A stretch of 64,000 nucleotides of DNA from Octopus sinensis (taxonomy: Eukaryota). Shown here piece by piece: positions 11,068 through 23,585 of the stretch. The stretch is from the NCBI RefSeq assembly GCF_006345805.1, contig NC_043011.1, positions 55,750,464-55,814,463 of the forward strand, in the 5' to 3' direction. Numbering within the stretch: the first letter of the stretch is position 1; each line of letters starts with the position of its first letter. The position numbers and the translations under genes were made by a program. The notes beneath the pieces were generated by a model that was given only the letters and a program-made list of their open reading frames with translations, did not search any database and was not told the DNA's origin.

Positions 11068-11479
11068 GGTATACTTCTTTCTATCACTTAACGACCTAAA
11101 TTACATTTAGAAATATAGTTAATTGCTTAACCCTGTTTTAGTGTAAACCTCCAAATTCCTAATCCGTCATCATCCTCTTTCTGCCTCTTCTACTGCTATT
11201 ATTATAACAGACTCTATCTTTCACCATTTGCTTCTTACTATCCAGAAATCAGAAATTTGTTCTTCTGAATATCCAAAGCAGCAGCAACAAACCCAAAACC
11301 AATTCCAACATTGAATCCTTAACTTTTGCTCATTTTTTTCTTTTTTCATTCCTTCAATTTCCCCGTTACTTCCACAGACACACTCTCACTGGCAACAGAC
11401 TCATTTCTGAAATGATGCTATACACAGGCAAAAGCTATTCCATGGTAGACGGACCAATAAAAGAACCCAGAACCCTTAC

Positions 11480-11638
11480 CTCCATGAGATAATATCTTCT
11501 TGTAAGGTTCCACTACTTTCATATCAATACGGAAATGCTTTTCCCCAATTACGATTGATTTCCAGTGTTTCGAATCAGTGTTTTCTTGTTCAGCAGTGTA
11601 TTCAGGAATGGTACTGGGAGACTCTAGTGGAGTCTCAC
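11480..11638 (-). CDS. PRUNE2: BNIP2/ATCAY/PRUNE2-like exon (phase 1-1): ETPLESPSTIPEYTAEQE...RIDMKVVEPYKKILSHG
   Basis: Acceptor TTCTTCCAG, donor GTAAGG, 159 bp; IPEYTA and RIDMKVxEPYKKxxSHGG are family hallmarks. Confidence 0.96.
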
Positions 11639-11722
11639 CTGGAAGAATTGGGAAAGAAATAATAATGAAGATGAAGGGACACATATATCTTCAAATGGAG
11701 TGAACAGTTCTGAACCCTTATG

Positions 11723-11726
<4 letters not shown>

Positions 11727-11769
<43 letters not shown>

Positions 11770-11876
11770 AATAATTAATATTATTATTATTTGAGGGAAT
11801 ATTAATCCTAACTTACAGGGAAAAATTCAATTTAGAAATACTAAGTCAAATTTCACACAATATAATATAATATATA

Positions 11877-11908
<32 letters not shown>

Positions 11909-12025
11909 AATTAATATTATTATTATTTGAGGGAATATTAATCCTAACTTACAGGGAAAAATTCAATTTAGAAATACTAAGTCAAATTTCACACAATATA
12001 ATATAATATATATATATATATATAT
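11727..12025. repeat. 136-bp tandem duplication bounded by (TA)n/(AAT)n tracts
   Basis: ttgagggaatattaatcc...tttcacacaatataa begins at 11791 and again at 11927. Confidence 0.9.
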
Positions 12026-12343
12026 AAATTAGAAAAAAACACCTTTTATCAATTCAAAATGAACAATTAAATTACACCATCTAGAAAATTACATATAATA
12101 GAAATATTAAAATTAAAATAACAATAATATACCGATGATTAAGTAAATTGCAAACGTATATAATTGGTAGAATAACATATATATATATATATATATATAA
12201 ATGAGGATTTTAGGAAGTTTAATACTCACAATACAAATAAAATAAGACAATATTGGTGGAATATTTTTGTAAAGAAATAAAAAAAAAAAAAAATACTGAA
12301 GAGAAAAAAATGAAAATAATTGTTGTTCAAAAATCTAACATAC

Positions 12344-12547
12344 TTTCCCAGTCAACTTCCAAGCCTTCTGGATCGATTTCTTCAGGAGTATCCAAATCTT
12401 CTGGAGTCTGGAGGTCATCTATATCCCCCAACATACAGTCAACTGGTGGAGTGCAGTTGTCAGCTTCGACATCTTCATCATCAAATAATTCCACATTCGG
12501 TCTGATTTTCTTCTTGGGACGAATTGTTTGCAGAGTGGACGGTCGCA
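12344..12547 (-). CDS. PRUNE2: BNIP2/ATCAY/PRUNE2-like exon (phase 1-1), acidic region RPSTL...KKKIRP...DLDTPEE...LEVDWE
   Basis: Acceptor ATTTACAG, donor GTATGT, 204 bp; DLDTP and W-acidic motifs typical of the BNIP2 family. Confidence 0.92.
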
Positions 12548-12682
12548 CTGTAAATCATGTGATAGCAAAACCCATCTTTATATTTAGAGAGAAGCACAAA
12601 CGAATAAGTCAAATTAACAGAAAATGTTCACTGGTACATTTCTACCAGTTCATGACCAACTTCAAACTATCGCACTCTTACA

Positions 12683-12717
12683 TGTGTGTGAGTGTGTGTG
12701 TGTGTGTGTGCATGCGC

Positions 12718-12761
<44 letters not shown>

Positions 12762-12767
12762 ATGCGC

Positions 12768-12811
<44 letters not shown>

Positions 12812-12840
12812 ATGTGCATATATTTGTGCATGTGTGTATG
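12683..12840. repeat. Compound (TG)n microsatellite with catgcgcaca interruptions
   Basis: Seen directly; source of the spurious His-Thr and Cys-Val ORFs. Confidence 0.95.
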
Positions 12841-14884
12841 TAAAACTCTTCCACAATTTCTCATGCAAAAGCCATATATTCTGAAGTCTTAGGCAGCATC
12901 AAGACATTTTAAAAGAGAAAACTAATTCATTCTGAAAAAAATTAATAATTTTATAATTAGTAAAATCTCTTCCTACAGACTCCACCATCCATAACTGATT
13001 CTGTCATCTGTGACACAAGCCAGATGAAAGCCATTCAAGTTATCAATAAACCTTCCCTTAATCATCCTTCACCAATCTCCAGTTCATCAGTTACGACCTC
13101 CTTCCTCTCCCTTCACTTCTATTGTTGCTGTTTCAGTTTCTACCCTGAAACTGTTGCTTTCACACCAACATCACTGACAACAGTTTCCTTCACAACTTGT
13201 CAAAGTACTGCAGCACACAATATTCCTCTGGAATTCTATGGTTTTTACCTCTTTCTCCTCTCTACCTTACCAAAACACATCAACCTCATGCAATCTTACA
13301 ACATGGTTCCAGGTTTAGGTGAATTTGGTTCTTTCAAGAAAGAGTTTCACAAGGCATTTACAGATTTTAATACAGTTTACACAAACTGACAACACCTCCA
13401 AAAGATATTCTGATATAGCTTTCATTCAAAGAGATACCAAAATATTTCTTGAACAGAAACTCTGTAGTAATGTTTCTTTCTTTTTTTTTTTTTTTTCCTT
13501 TTTGGACAAAATGGTACAGCTTTAAATGTGAAGCTTCAAAATTTCCACTGTAACATTTCAAGAAGCATTTGGCACTCTTGGTTTTAGTTCTTCATAGATT
13601 AACTGCTTGGAAACTCCGGAGTCTACGAAGTGACTCTTCCAGCTCATAGGATATGTTTTGAAGATCATACATTCAAAACCAAAGACTTTTATTCATTCAA
13701 GAGCTTTCAGTGTCAAAAATTAAAGTTTCCTATTTCACTCTTAGCAGCATTAATGGAGGCATAGTCGTTCTGAGTGTTTATGGTGTGTGTGTATGTGTGT
13801 GCACGTGCATTATGTATTCACGTATGCGTGTGTGTGTGTGCATGTATGTATTCGCGTATGTATGTGTGCATATATGTATGTATTCATGTGTATGTGTGTG
13901 GATATATATATAGTGTGCAGTTTGCTTGTTGGTAGAATCAGCAAGAAGTACTCAATCCAGTAAGAGGTACATATCATTTAATGAATACAAAGTTACATAT
14001 GAACCAATTAACATTTCATGTTTAAATAGTGCAGTAATTGGATGGGTTTTTATTGCATACCATGCACAATCCAGCAATTGTTCAGGGTAAAATGACGTGG
14101 ATACTCCAAGAGGAAATGCAAAACAAACTGAGTTTAAATAACAAGCAAAACACTAGACAGTCAAGGTGGGGATAGTAGAGAGATTTAGGCCATATATTAA
14201 TGAGTCATAAAGGTGCAGGCTCAGTATAGCTGAAAGAACACACATCCTTATTAGATTGAAGATCTGCCCCGACTTTATAAAATTTTTACAAAATGTATGC
14301 ATCTTGATAAGTTTCTGTTACTGAACTGGAAGACACTCTCACCCCTCACCAGATTAGACATACTAATTAAAACACTTTAGCCTTTCCTTTTTTTGATTAC
14401 CTCCACTAGCCATAGTTTTTTTTTGTGTAAACAGTCAACATTAACAATACTTTTCAATTAATGGATTAAAGAAACATAGTCTTTATCCTGCTGCCCTTAA
14501 CGTTTCATCTTATTTTTTCTTGCAGTTTTTTTCCTTCCATTTCCTCATGGAGAAGGCAATTGCAGACTGTGCATGGTACACTATACAAAGCTGACCAATT
14601 ACTGCACTGTCCAAGCACGAAACTTGATGTAGCTCATATAATTCCTCCATTCATAAAATTTTCAACATGTAACCACGTGTGTATCGTTGGCAATTTTCTT
14701 CCTGTATCTTCCCTTCTTTTGGACTTTCTTCTATTTCTGAAGAACTTTGCTCGAAATGTAAAATCCTCTTTCTTTCCTTTCCTGAGTGTCTGATAATACA
14801 ATACTTGCACCACATCTTTGTGTTGTTTTTCTTGTTTGTTCTTCTTTGTTTGGATTCACTATATATATATGTATATATATATTT

Positions 14885-15146
14885 ACTGGCACCTGTGCCG
14901 GTGACATGTGTAAAAAGATTCGAGCGAGGTCATTGCCAGTACCACCTGACTGGCCCCCATACCGGTGGCACGTAAAAAGCACCCACTACACTCTCAGAGT
15001 GGTTGGCATTAGGAAGGACATCAAGCTGCAGAAACTCTGCCAGATCAAGATTGGAGCCTGGTACAGCCATCTGGTTTGCCAGCCCTCAGTCAAAATCATC
15101 CAACCCATGCTAGCATGGAAAGCGGACGTTAAACGATGATGATGAT
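14885..15146 (+). mobile_element. RTE 3'UTR repeat
   Basis: Family consensus with (GAT)n tail. Confidence 0.85.
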
Positions 15147-15147
15147 A

Positions 15148-15177
<30 letters not shown>

Positions 15178-15178
<1 letters not shown>

Positions 15179-15581
15179 CTCTTTTACTCTTTTACTTGTT
15201 TCAGTCATTTGACTGCGGCCATGCTGGAGCACTGCCTTTAGTCGAGCAAATCGACCCCGGGACTTATTCTTTGTAAGCCCAGTACTTATTCTATCGGTCT
15301 CTTTTTGCCGAACCGCTAAGTGACAGGGACGTAAACACACAAGCATCGGTTGTCAAGCAATGCTAGGGGGACAAACACAGACACACAAACACACACACAT
15401 ACATATATATATATACATATATACGACAGGCTTCTTTCAGTTTCCGTCTACCAAATCCACTCACAAGGCATTGGTCGGCCCAGGGCTATAGCAGAAGACA
15501 CTTGCCCAAGATGCCATGCAGTGGGACTGAACCCGGAACCATGTGGTTGGTTAGCAAGCTACTTACCACACAGCCACTCCT
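15178..15581 (-). mobile_element. tRNA-headed SINE (family B) with internal (TA)/(CA) tract
   Basis: Head ggagtggctgtgtggtaag...gggttcagtccc; tail gaaacaagtaaaagagtaaaagagta; matches 60237-60615. Confidence 0.88.
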
Positions 15582-16009
15582 GTGCCTATATATATATATA
15601 TATATATATATAATTTCGTGTTTTGCACACACACACATGAATATCAGACACTACAAGAGAAAGAGTAAGGAGGTTGTATTGAGTGTTACGCTGCTTTAGG
15701 CACCTTGAAATAGTTGAAATCTCATTGGTTGCCTTGTGACAACATATATTGATGAAGAGTTGACAAATGAGACTAGATGTCATCTCAAGGAGAATTCTCT
15801 CGTGTCGCTGAATCTGATATGAGGAGGAGGAGTGTCAACCAGAAACCATGGCTGTCACTCACAAGGGAATATGACTTGGCAACATGCACCATACTTTCCT
15901 TAATTGCTTTAGATGCCTCTATAGTCGTGGACAGGTTCCTCTCCCTCCCCGCATCACCCAACAAAATACCCACAATGTGACACCGTGAAGGAGAGAGGCA
16001 GGTGTTGGG

Positions 16010-16175
16010 AGTCAGCCGGTAATTAACAGCAGCCGAGTAGAATTAAGTGTGTTGCTTTATGGAACAATGTGCTGCTTGGTCTAGGAATCAAAGCCACAAC
16101 ATCATGAGCCACAAACACTAATCACTTGGCCATAACGAGTTAATTAGTGAGGACCAGCTGCAGACACACAAACAC
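16010..16175 (-). mobile_element. Old family D SINE remnant
   Basis: aattaagtgtgttgctttatggaacaatg...ggaatcaaagccacaac resembles the reverse complement of the D head and core. Confidence 0.4.
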
Positions 16176-16273
16176 ATATATTGAGAAAATATGAAAATTG
16201 ACATTTATTAAAAATTAAAATACTTAAGAAACTATTTTTATGTTAGGAACCCTGAATATAGAAGAATTCTTAC

Positions 16274-16469
16274 CAGGTCGGGTTTCTTCATCATTTATTG
16301 CAATACTGTTTTCATTCTCATGATGGGACATAGTATTTTCATGTGATGAAACTGTTTGAGGGTTATTCTTCACTTTGGCATTATCCTCCATGGCAGTTGA
16401 TAAGTCGGAGGCAATAAAGACGTCTTCATTGTGCCAATTGTTTTCAGAGTTTTGAAAAGGTTTCATATC
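16274..16469 (-). CDS. PRUNE2: BNIP2/ATCAY/PRUNE2-like exon (phase 0-1): DMKPFQNSENNW...NDEETRP
   Basis: Acceptor TTTTTCTGCCCTTCTTAG, donor GTAAGA, 196 bp open; joins in frame to the 12547 exon (G|TG = Val). Confidence 0.8.
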
Positions 16470-16840
16470 CTAAGAAGGGCAGAAAAAAACAAAATGAAAA
16501 TATCAACACAAACACTAATCAACTGGTTCTGGTAAAACTGAAAGAACTGTCAGTACGATAGAACTCTTGGAAAATTTTAAAAAATTTCTTCAAGTTTGGT
16601 TTCAAAAATTTGTATGGAAGACTGGTGAACTAATTAAGGAAGCTAATGATAGAACAGCTCTTCTTATGTTGTGGTTTCATACCAGGGATTAAGTTGTTGT
16701 AAGGATTAACATAATTTAGTAATGCTGACAAAATGAAAAATGTTAAAGATTGGGTATTAACAGGAGAAATTGATGTAAAAAATGTTAAGAGGCATTACAA
16801 AAGGTGATTACAAGAGATGGGGATGCTGGTGATGTCAACA

Positions 16841-17053
16841 TACTCTCTTTACTCTTTTACTTGTTTCAGTCATTTGACTGCGACCATGCTGGAGCACCAC
16901 CTTTAGTCGAGCAAATCGACCCCGAGACTTATTCTTTGTAAGCCCAGTACTTATTCTATTGGTCTCTTTTTGCCGAACCGCTAAGTGACGGAGACGTAAA
17001 CACACCAGCATCGGTTGTCAAGCAATGCTATGGGGACAAACACAGACACACAA

Positions 17054-17102
<49 letters not shown>

Positions 17103-17262
17103 TACGACAGGCTTCTTTCAGTTTCCGTCTACCAAATCCACTCACAAGGCATTGGTCGGCCCGGGGCTATAGCAGAAGACACTTGCCCAAGATGCCACGC
17201 AGTGGGACTGAACCCGGAACCATGTGGTTGGTTAGAAAGCCACTTACCACACAGCCACTCCT
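16841..17262 (-). mobile_element. tRNA-headed SINE (family B)
   Basis: Near-identical to the 15178-15581 copy. Confidence 0.9.
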
Positions 17263-17992
17263 GCGCCACTGATGATATCAGTGGCAAGTTGCATGCACCA
17301 AATACACTGTGATGGTTTTCAAAGAACCTTTCAGCAAATACATATTAAACTCCCCAAACGAAGGAGGCCCGTAGCCTTTTAATGGAGACTTGAATGCTTA
17401 CAGCTCTTTCTGCTGCACCATTAGAGTTTCAACTGGAAATAGAGCTTTCAATTTGTTTTTTTTTTTCCTTTTTTGGCAATCAAATCAGTTTAAAATGGTT
17501 CAACAAATTAGTTTAAGCAGATCTTAAAATCCAGTCTGTTGAGTGATGTAACTGTCACTGGGACATCAAATCTAAAACAATGGAAAATTTTCTTATATTT
17601 TCCAAGCTTCTACTGGAATATAAAAATGTTTTAATCTAAATAATGGCACATTACCATCCAATATCTAATCTTTCCTAGGACTGTGAGTCAGGATACTTAG
17701 TATTACAAAAGGTGCCCTTAAATCCAATTTTAGCACCAAATTCTTCAGTATCCAAATCAAAGTAGGATCACTAAGGCAGACCCTTGTTTTCTTCAGTACT
17801 TATGGTATAATTAGATGGGCATGAGAAATTGTGGAAAGACCCATTGCATGACGAATGGTAAATAATTTATTTTTTTGTTAAAGATGAAATCATTGTCTGT
17901 AGTCAATTCAGAAGAACGTCTTGCAAATTGTTCTAAATAAGTTAATCTCAACCAATCCTTTCCAACAATGTAATTGAAGGGTATGTATGTTT

Positions 17993-18064
17993 AAAGGGGT
18001 ATCTGTGTCAAAAGGGGTATCTGTGTTAAAAGAGGTATCTGTGTCAAAAGGGGTATCTGTGTTA
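17993..18064. repeat. Minisatellite, 4 x 18 bp (aaaggggtatctgtgtYa)
   Basis: Units start at 17993, 18011, 18029 and 18047. Confidence 0.95.
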
Positions 18065-18423
18065 AAATGATTTCCAATGTCATCAACTGTACAAAAATTA
18101 ATCCTTTTATTACTTATGTCAGAAAGTTAAGAATTCTGTACCAAACTTATATGAGTTCTACTTTAGAAAAAGCAACATCACAGATGGTTTTACCAGGCAT
18201 GTGTATGATTTTGAAATCACACTGTGATAATATAAAAGGCCTACTTGCAAATAAAGAAATCTTTGCAAAAATGAACAACAACAAATGGTCAGGCTCTAGG
18301 TCAGGCCTGGCCAACTCAAATTACATTGTGGGCCACTTTAATCACAGGAAGTTTTTTGAGGACTGTTTGTATACTTTAGGCACTAACAGCCAAATAATCA
18401 AATTACAGAATCAGGAATTTTTT

Positions 18424-18603
18424 ATCATCATCATCATCATCGTTTAATATCTGTTTTCCGTGCTAGCACAGGTTGGACAATTCAATCGGGGTCTGGGAAG
18501 CTAGGAGGCTGCACCAGGCTCCAGTCTGATCTGGCAGTGTTTCTACAGCTGGATGCCCTTCCTAACGCCAACCACTCCATGAGTGTAGTGGGTGCTTTTT
18601 ACG
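18424..18603 (-). mobile_element. RTE 3'UTR repeat, truncated
   Basis: Family consensus, reverse orientation. Confidence 0.85.
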
Positions 18604-18689
18604 AGTATAGTAGGTGATTTTTACATAGACAGGCACAATGTGTATATACTGAATGGATACACTTATTAATAATAGAATATTTCCAGGTC

Positions 18690-19630
18690 CATCTCAATGA
18701 TGTTCTGGGATGCCTCATCAGGGATGTTTCTGGGATCTCAGGGAAGGATTTCAGGTCTTTCAACTTCAGACCACTTCCCCACCCCTCCCCATCCACTTGA
18801 CCCAACCAGGGTTCCAATAGCAGCAGACCCTCACTCTACTCTATCCAAAGCCACCTAGTGGCCCTCTCTACAGATTCAGAAACAGCATTTATTGCTCTCC
18901 TCTTTGCTGCACCTGTAACTCCAAGCCCAGTCGGAGCCTTGTAGAATGAATGCCCTACAAAACCTCAGCAGCCCCCTTCAATAGCCTCAACAACATTCCT
19001 GTCAGTCCTGGTTTCTGCATTGCTTTACTAGTTCCTCGTATTTGGCTTCCTCTCATGAGCCTCCTCCATGTGTTCCTGCCAGGACACAGACAGTCTCCAC
19101 GTGATCACTTGTTAGGTGCAGTTTGAGAAGATCACTATGTCTGGGCAGAGTGTTGTTTGTGTGAGGTGATTTGGGAACTTTAACTGTTTGACAAGATCCA
19201 CTTTCTGCTGTCAGGCTGGGGTTGTGAAAAGTAGGCAAGACGGTTGTTGAAGTTTCAACAAACTGGACTTCTCGTTGATGCTGAGAAAAAGGATACCACT
19301 TTCCTGGGGTGGTACTGGATTGAATGGCTGTTGATATCACCTCTGCATCTCCCTAAGGCTCTGGAGCAGCTGTTGAGATATTAAAGGGGCCTTCTTTCAG
19401 TAAACAAAGGAAAGGAGGGGGCTTTTTTATTGCCCCATTTGTGAAGCTTTGTCAGACTTGGCCAAGAGTCATAGACAGCCTGGATCATAAACCTGATATG
19501 CTGGATATCATCTCACCAGAAATCCAGTCAGGTAAAGTTCTGCAGCTGTATATTGGCCGACCCTGTCCATGCTCTTTGCTGGTTGAATCCCACCATTCAA
19601 CTATGCCTAGGTGGACTTTGTGCAGGAGAT
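18690..19630 (-). mobile_element. Decayed RLE-type (HERO-like) non-LTR retrotransposon, 3' portion
   Basis: Fragmented translation: IRFMIQAVYDSWPSLTKLHKWG (zinc-knuckle region), SWQEHMEEAHERK..KYEELVKQCR, IE.GC.GFVGHS, ESVERATRWLWI. These match the restriction-like endonuclease C-terminus of HERO-type LINEs. Confidence 0.8.
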
Positions 19631-21866
19631 AAAAACTAGTATTATATTAGTTGTCATAAGTTGAATTGGTACTAATTGATTTTACTAAAGTTCAAATCCT
19701 TTGCAGTTTTTAGATATTAAAGAGACATGGGAGTTTCTGTCCACTAAATGCATGTTTAATCTCAGTTAATCAAAGATTTCCAACTCACTATCTTACATCT
19801 ATGAGACCCTAACACATTTATAAACAACGATACTCTCTCTCTCACTCACACACACACACACATCTCTGAACAACTCTTGACCCAAGACAAAGCACAAGGA
19901 CATCCCATACAAGTGTACAGGTCATATATATTAGACAGAGCAATTGATGCACATTAATATTCTAGATATTACACGGAAAACAATTACTGACTGACAAAGC
20001 TTCACTCATTAACAGATCAAGTCTTTCTCTTTTACCATTATAACAACAGTTCTAGTTCCTTTGTGTTGATGTCTGTTTATCGCTCCACACCTCGCCCCCC
20101 ACTAAACCAAACCAATTTATTAATTTATTCTCCTCTCATTATCTACATGGTGCCTCACCTCCCCCACCCACTCAAACCATACTCCGGAATACATCCCCTA
20201 AATATTTAGCTTCAATATTTTGATGCTGTGTTTTCCCCATGGGCACATCTACATGCCTAGACTTCATTTGTCTGTAAAACCCTAAAAAACAGTCATGAGT
20301 TCCCTCTATCTCAGTCAGACTATATATATTCAGCTATGAAAAAAGACAAAAAAAAAAAAAGAGAGCAAGTCTTGTCTGAAGGTTCAGATAAGAGTTTAAT
20401 CCTAATTTTTGAAGCATTAAGCAGCAGAGTGCAAAACTCTACCTTGGATGGAGGATGAGCAATGTGACATGAGGTACGTTGCTCAAAGACACAATGAACT
20501 ATCCAATATGAGAATGAAAACCAACAACATGATAACTGTGAGCTGAAAACATTAACCCCGAGTTGTTATGCGTTCACAAACACCCCTCACCTTCATGTTA
20601 ACATTCCTTCACAAACACCCCTCACCTATGCAATGAGTACAATCATTGCAGAATTTCATTTTAATCTACAATGTAGGAATGTAATAATTTACACCCCTTG
20701 TGATGAAATCATTTTGGTCACTCAACCAAATCTTACTCAAAGCACACCTTAATGTCTTAAAAAGCTGGAATGGTCATGGCTGGAATGCTTTAAGTCCTAT
20801 GTCTGCTAGATCAACTCTAACTTGGGCCCACAATAACAACAACAAGCAATACTCTAAGCCAACTCATTGATGACCCTATTTCCAATAAACACAGAAATCA
20901 ATGCTCTTTACAACAGGTCCCAAACTTCTCTCCCTTCTTCTCATAAACCATTAAATCCACTTTTATCTGAAGTGAAAATCACCATCAAAACATTATAAAT
21001 GTACACAAACAGATCGAAGATTAAACTGGATGTAATCTGGTCAGTTTGCCCCCCCCCCCAACCTTATACTAACAATATCTGCAATACTACAAGATAGAGT
21101 GAAACACTATTGATCCCCAACTGTTTGATCAACGTTAGACTAATTAAAGGTCTGTTAAAACACAGAGGTGATTACAGATATTCAGTTAAACAAGAGAACC
21201 TGTGGGGAAATTGTCTTTCATTTGCAATCATTTATCTGCTTGCAACAACAAACAAAGGCAAAATCAGTCATAATGTCCTTTTTTCTCCCTCCTTATTTAC
21301 AAAAGGGTCAAAATGTAATCAAAATGATTACCGTTTATTATAGAGATTGAAAAATAATTCTTCTTAGAACTGAATTTACAAATAAATTCAGTTTATTGAG
21401 GAGTTTAGAACAAAAAAAAAAAAAAATGAATTGGAGACTAGTTTAATTAGATAGATCTTAATTAAATAGAATTTGGAAAGAAGATAAATATTGAAAGTAA
21501 GCATTTGTTAATTGTGAAGTTGTAATAACGTTGTGTCAGATTTATTCATTAAGGAGCGTCCACAACTGATAATCAGATAGAATTACAAGAATTTGAGAAG
21601 ACCAGTGACCTGCATTGATAATTAGCATGTTCAGTTGAGATAATAGAGTCACTTAATATTGATTTCTGACAAACATATAAAGGGCCACATCTTGCGATAG
21701 TGGAGGGAGAGGGGGAGGTAGAGATTGATAATATTGACTTGGAGATGGTCCTCAAGTAACTGGTATTTATTTTATTGACCCCTGGTGGTGTCAGAACATG
21801 AACAGGTATAAAGACATTCAGTCTTGCAGGTAGCATTTATTTTAAACCAGTAACATTTTATCAACC

Positions 21867-21867
<1 letters not shown>

Positions 21868-21911
<44 letters not shown>

Positions 21912-22120
21912 TCCTTTTACTGAAGCCTGAAATTTTAGGGGAATGGGGCTAGTTGGTTACATCACCCCCACTGCTCAATTGGTACTTTATTTTATCAACC
22001 CCCAAAGGATCAAAAACAAAGTCTGCTTTGCTGGAATTTGAACTCAGAAATTTAGCTACAAGAAATGCTGCTAAGCATTTTGCTTTCTGGGTTAACAATT
22101 CTGTCAGCACATCACCTTAA
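21868..22120 (-). mobile_element. Family C SINE with expanded (AAT)n tail
   Basis: ctggtactttattttatcaacccc.aaaggat...ggaatttgaactcagaa body. Confidence 0.75.
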
Positions 22121-22267
22121 TGATGATTATGATTGTTTCTAACGTAGGAACAAGGTCAGAAACAATAGCAATCATGACCATCACCATCATTTTGAAGACT
22201 TATTCACTGTTCCCTTCCTGTGCAGATTCTATGTATTGTTCATGCAGTTTTGGTTACTTTTTCTGTT

Positions 22268-22305
22268 GAGTTGTAATGCACCTGAGCACTGCATACAATA
22301 CATTC
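22268..22305 (+). mobile_element. CR1 3'-end stub
   Basis: gttgtaatgcacctgagcactgcatacaata. Confidence 0.6.
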
Positions 22306-22563
22306 ATTGGCATGTAAAAAGTACCAACCGATCATGGCCGTTGCCAACCTCCCCTGGCACCTGTGCCAGTGGCACGTAAAAAGCATCCGCTATAATCATG
22401 GAGTGGTTGGTGTTAGGAAGGGCATCCAGCTGTAGAAACACTGCCAGATCAGACTGGAGCCTGGTGCAGCCTCCTGGCTTCCCAGGTCCCGGTTGAACCG
22501 TCCAACCCATGCTAGCATGGAAAATGGACATTAAACGATGATGATGATGATGATGATGATGAT
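22306..22563 (+). mobile_element. RTE 3'UTR repeat with long (GAT)n tail
   Basis: Family consensus. Confidence 0.85.
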
Positions 22564-23374
22564 AATAATAATCATAATAATAATGTTGATGATGATGATA
22601 ATCACTGCCACCATCGTTTTAATGACTATCTTTTGATGCTACCAGGGAAACTAGACAGGTTTGTCCTGCATTTCCAACCATCATAACTCTTCTTCCTCTG
22701 AATAAATTAAAAGAAGAAATCATTTTGTTTAATTATATCCCACCTAATTGTCAGGTCTGTTCTTACAACCTTTTCCCCAGTTCCTTTAATAACGAAGGAC
22801 TGTTCTGTTAAATGACCGTTTAAGGAGAAATTTCTTTAATTGACAAAACGACGTATACCAACGAGTTATAAACATAAAATAAATATGGCTTTTTTAAAAT
22901 TTTTGTTAATAACGGAAATGGTTGTTGTTGCTGTTGTTGCAGCATAGCTATGATCTAGCAGACATTCCAGTCATGACCATCACATCCTTTTATTCTGACA
23001 GTGTATGCATATCTAGGACAATATGATATGCATTTTCCTTTCTTTAAGACACTGGGGTATGTTTTTGCAGGCGATTTGGCTGCTATTTCTAGCAGGTACA
23101 ATGATCACGAAAAGATGCTCTCATTGGCTGGTAATGGAAATGGTTGTTTTCTTGTGTGAATAGTTTATACTTGTGTTTAATTAAATGTACCGTTGCCAAA
23201 TAACTGGCGTTGGTCTCTAGGTTTTGACTGAAAATGATGCCAATGGAAGACCACAAATGCGTCGAATATAGTTTAATATTGTGTGTGTGGGGGTGTGTGA
23301 GGAATTGATGTTAATTATGATTGCCTTCTTAATGAAATGAAATATCCTTAATTACTAATCAAACAAAGTATAAC

Positions 23375-23585
23375 TAATATTGGTTTCAAATTTTGGCTCA
23401 AGGCCAGCAATTCTGAAGGAGGGGGGTAAGTCAATATCATCAACCCCAGTGTACGACTGGTGCCTATTTTATTGACCCTGAAAGGATGAACGGCTAAGTC
23501 AACCTCGGCAGAATTTGAAGATGGATGAAATGCTAATGAGAAGCATTATTGTCCAGCATAGAAATGATTCTGCTAGCTCATCACC
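23375..23585 (-). mobile_element. Family C SINE, degenerate
   Basis: ttgaccctgaaaggatgaa...gcagaatttgaa body. Confidence 0.65.

Noticed and set aside
11200-11335. Small minus-strand ORF MKKEKNEQKLRIQCWNWFWVCCCCFG...
   Set aside because: About 42 aa with low-complexity runs; no splice site joins it in frame to the gene.
12624-12892. His-Thr and Cys-Val rich ORFs
   Set aside because: These are translations of a (TG)n microsatellite.
13000-13460. Purine-rich minus-strand stretch as a missing exon or LINE
   Set aside because: Stops interrupt the frames I checked, and I could not assign any motif.
18700-18790. CTGA.../GAAA motifs in the HERO-like 3'UTR as a hammerhead
   Set aside because: The core is mutated (CTGAAGT) and no three-helix junction can be drawn.
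21573-21836. 87-aa Ser/Thr-rich minus-strand ORF
   Set aside because: No clear acceptor or donor; it overlaps a SINE fragment and has no recognisable motif.
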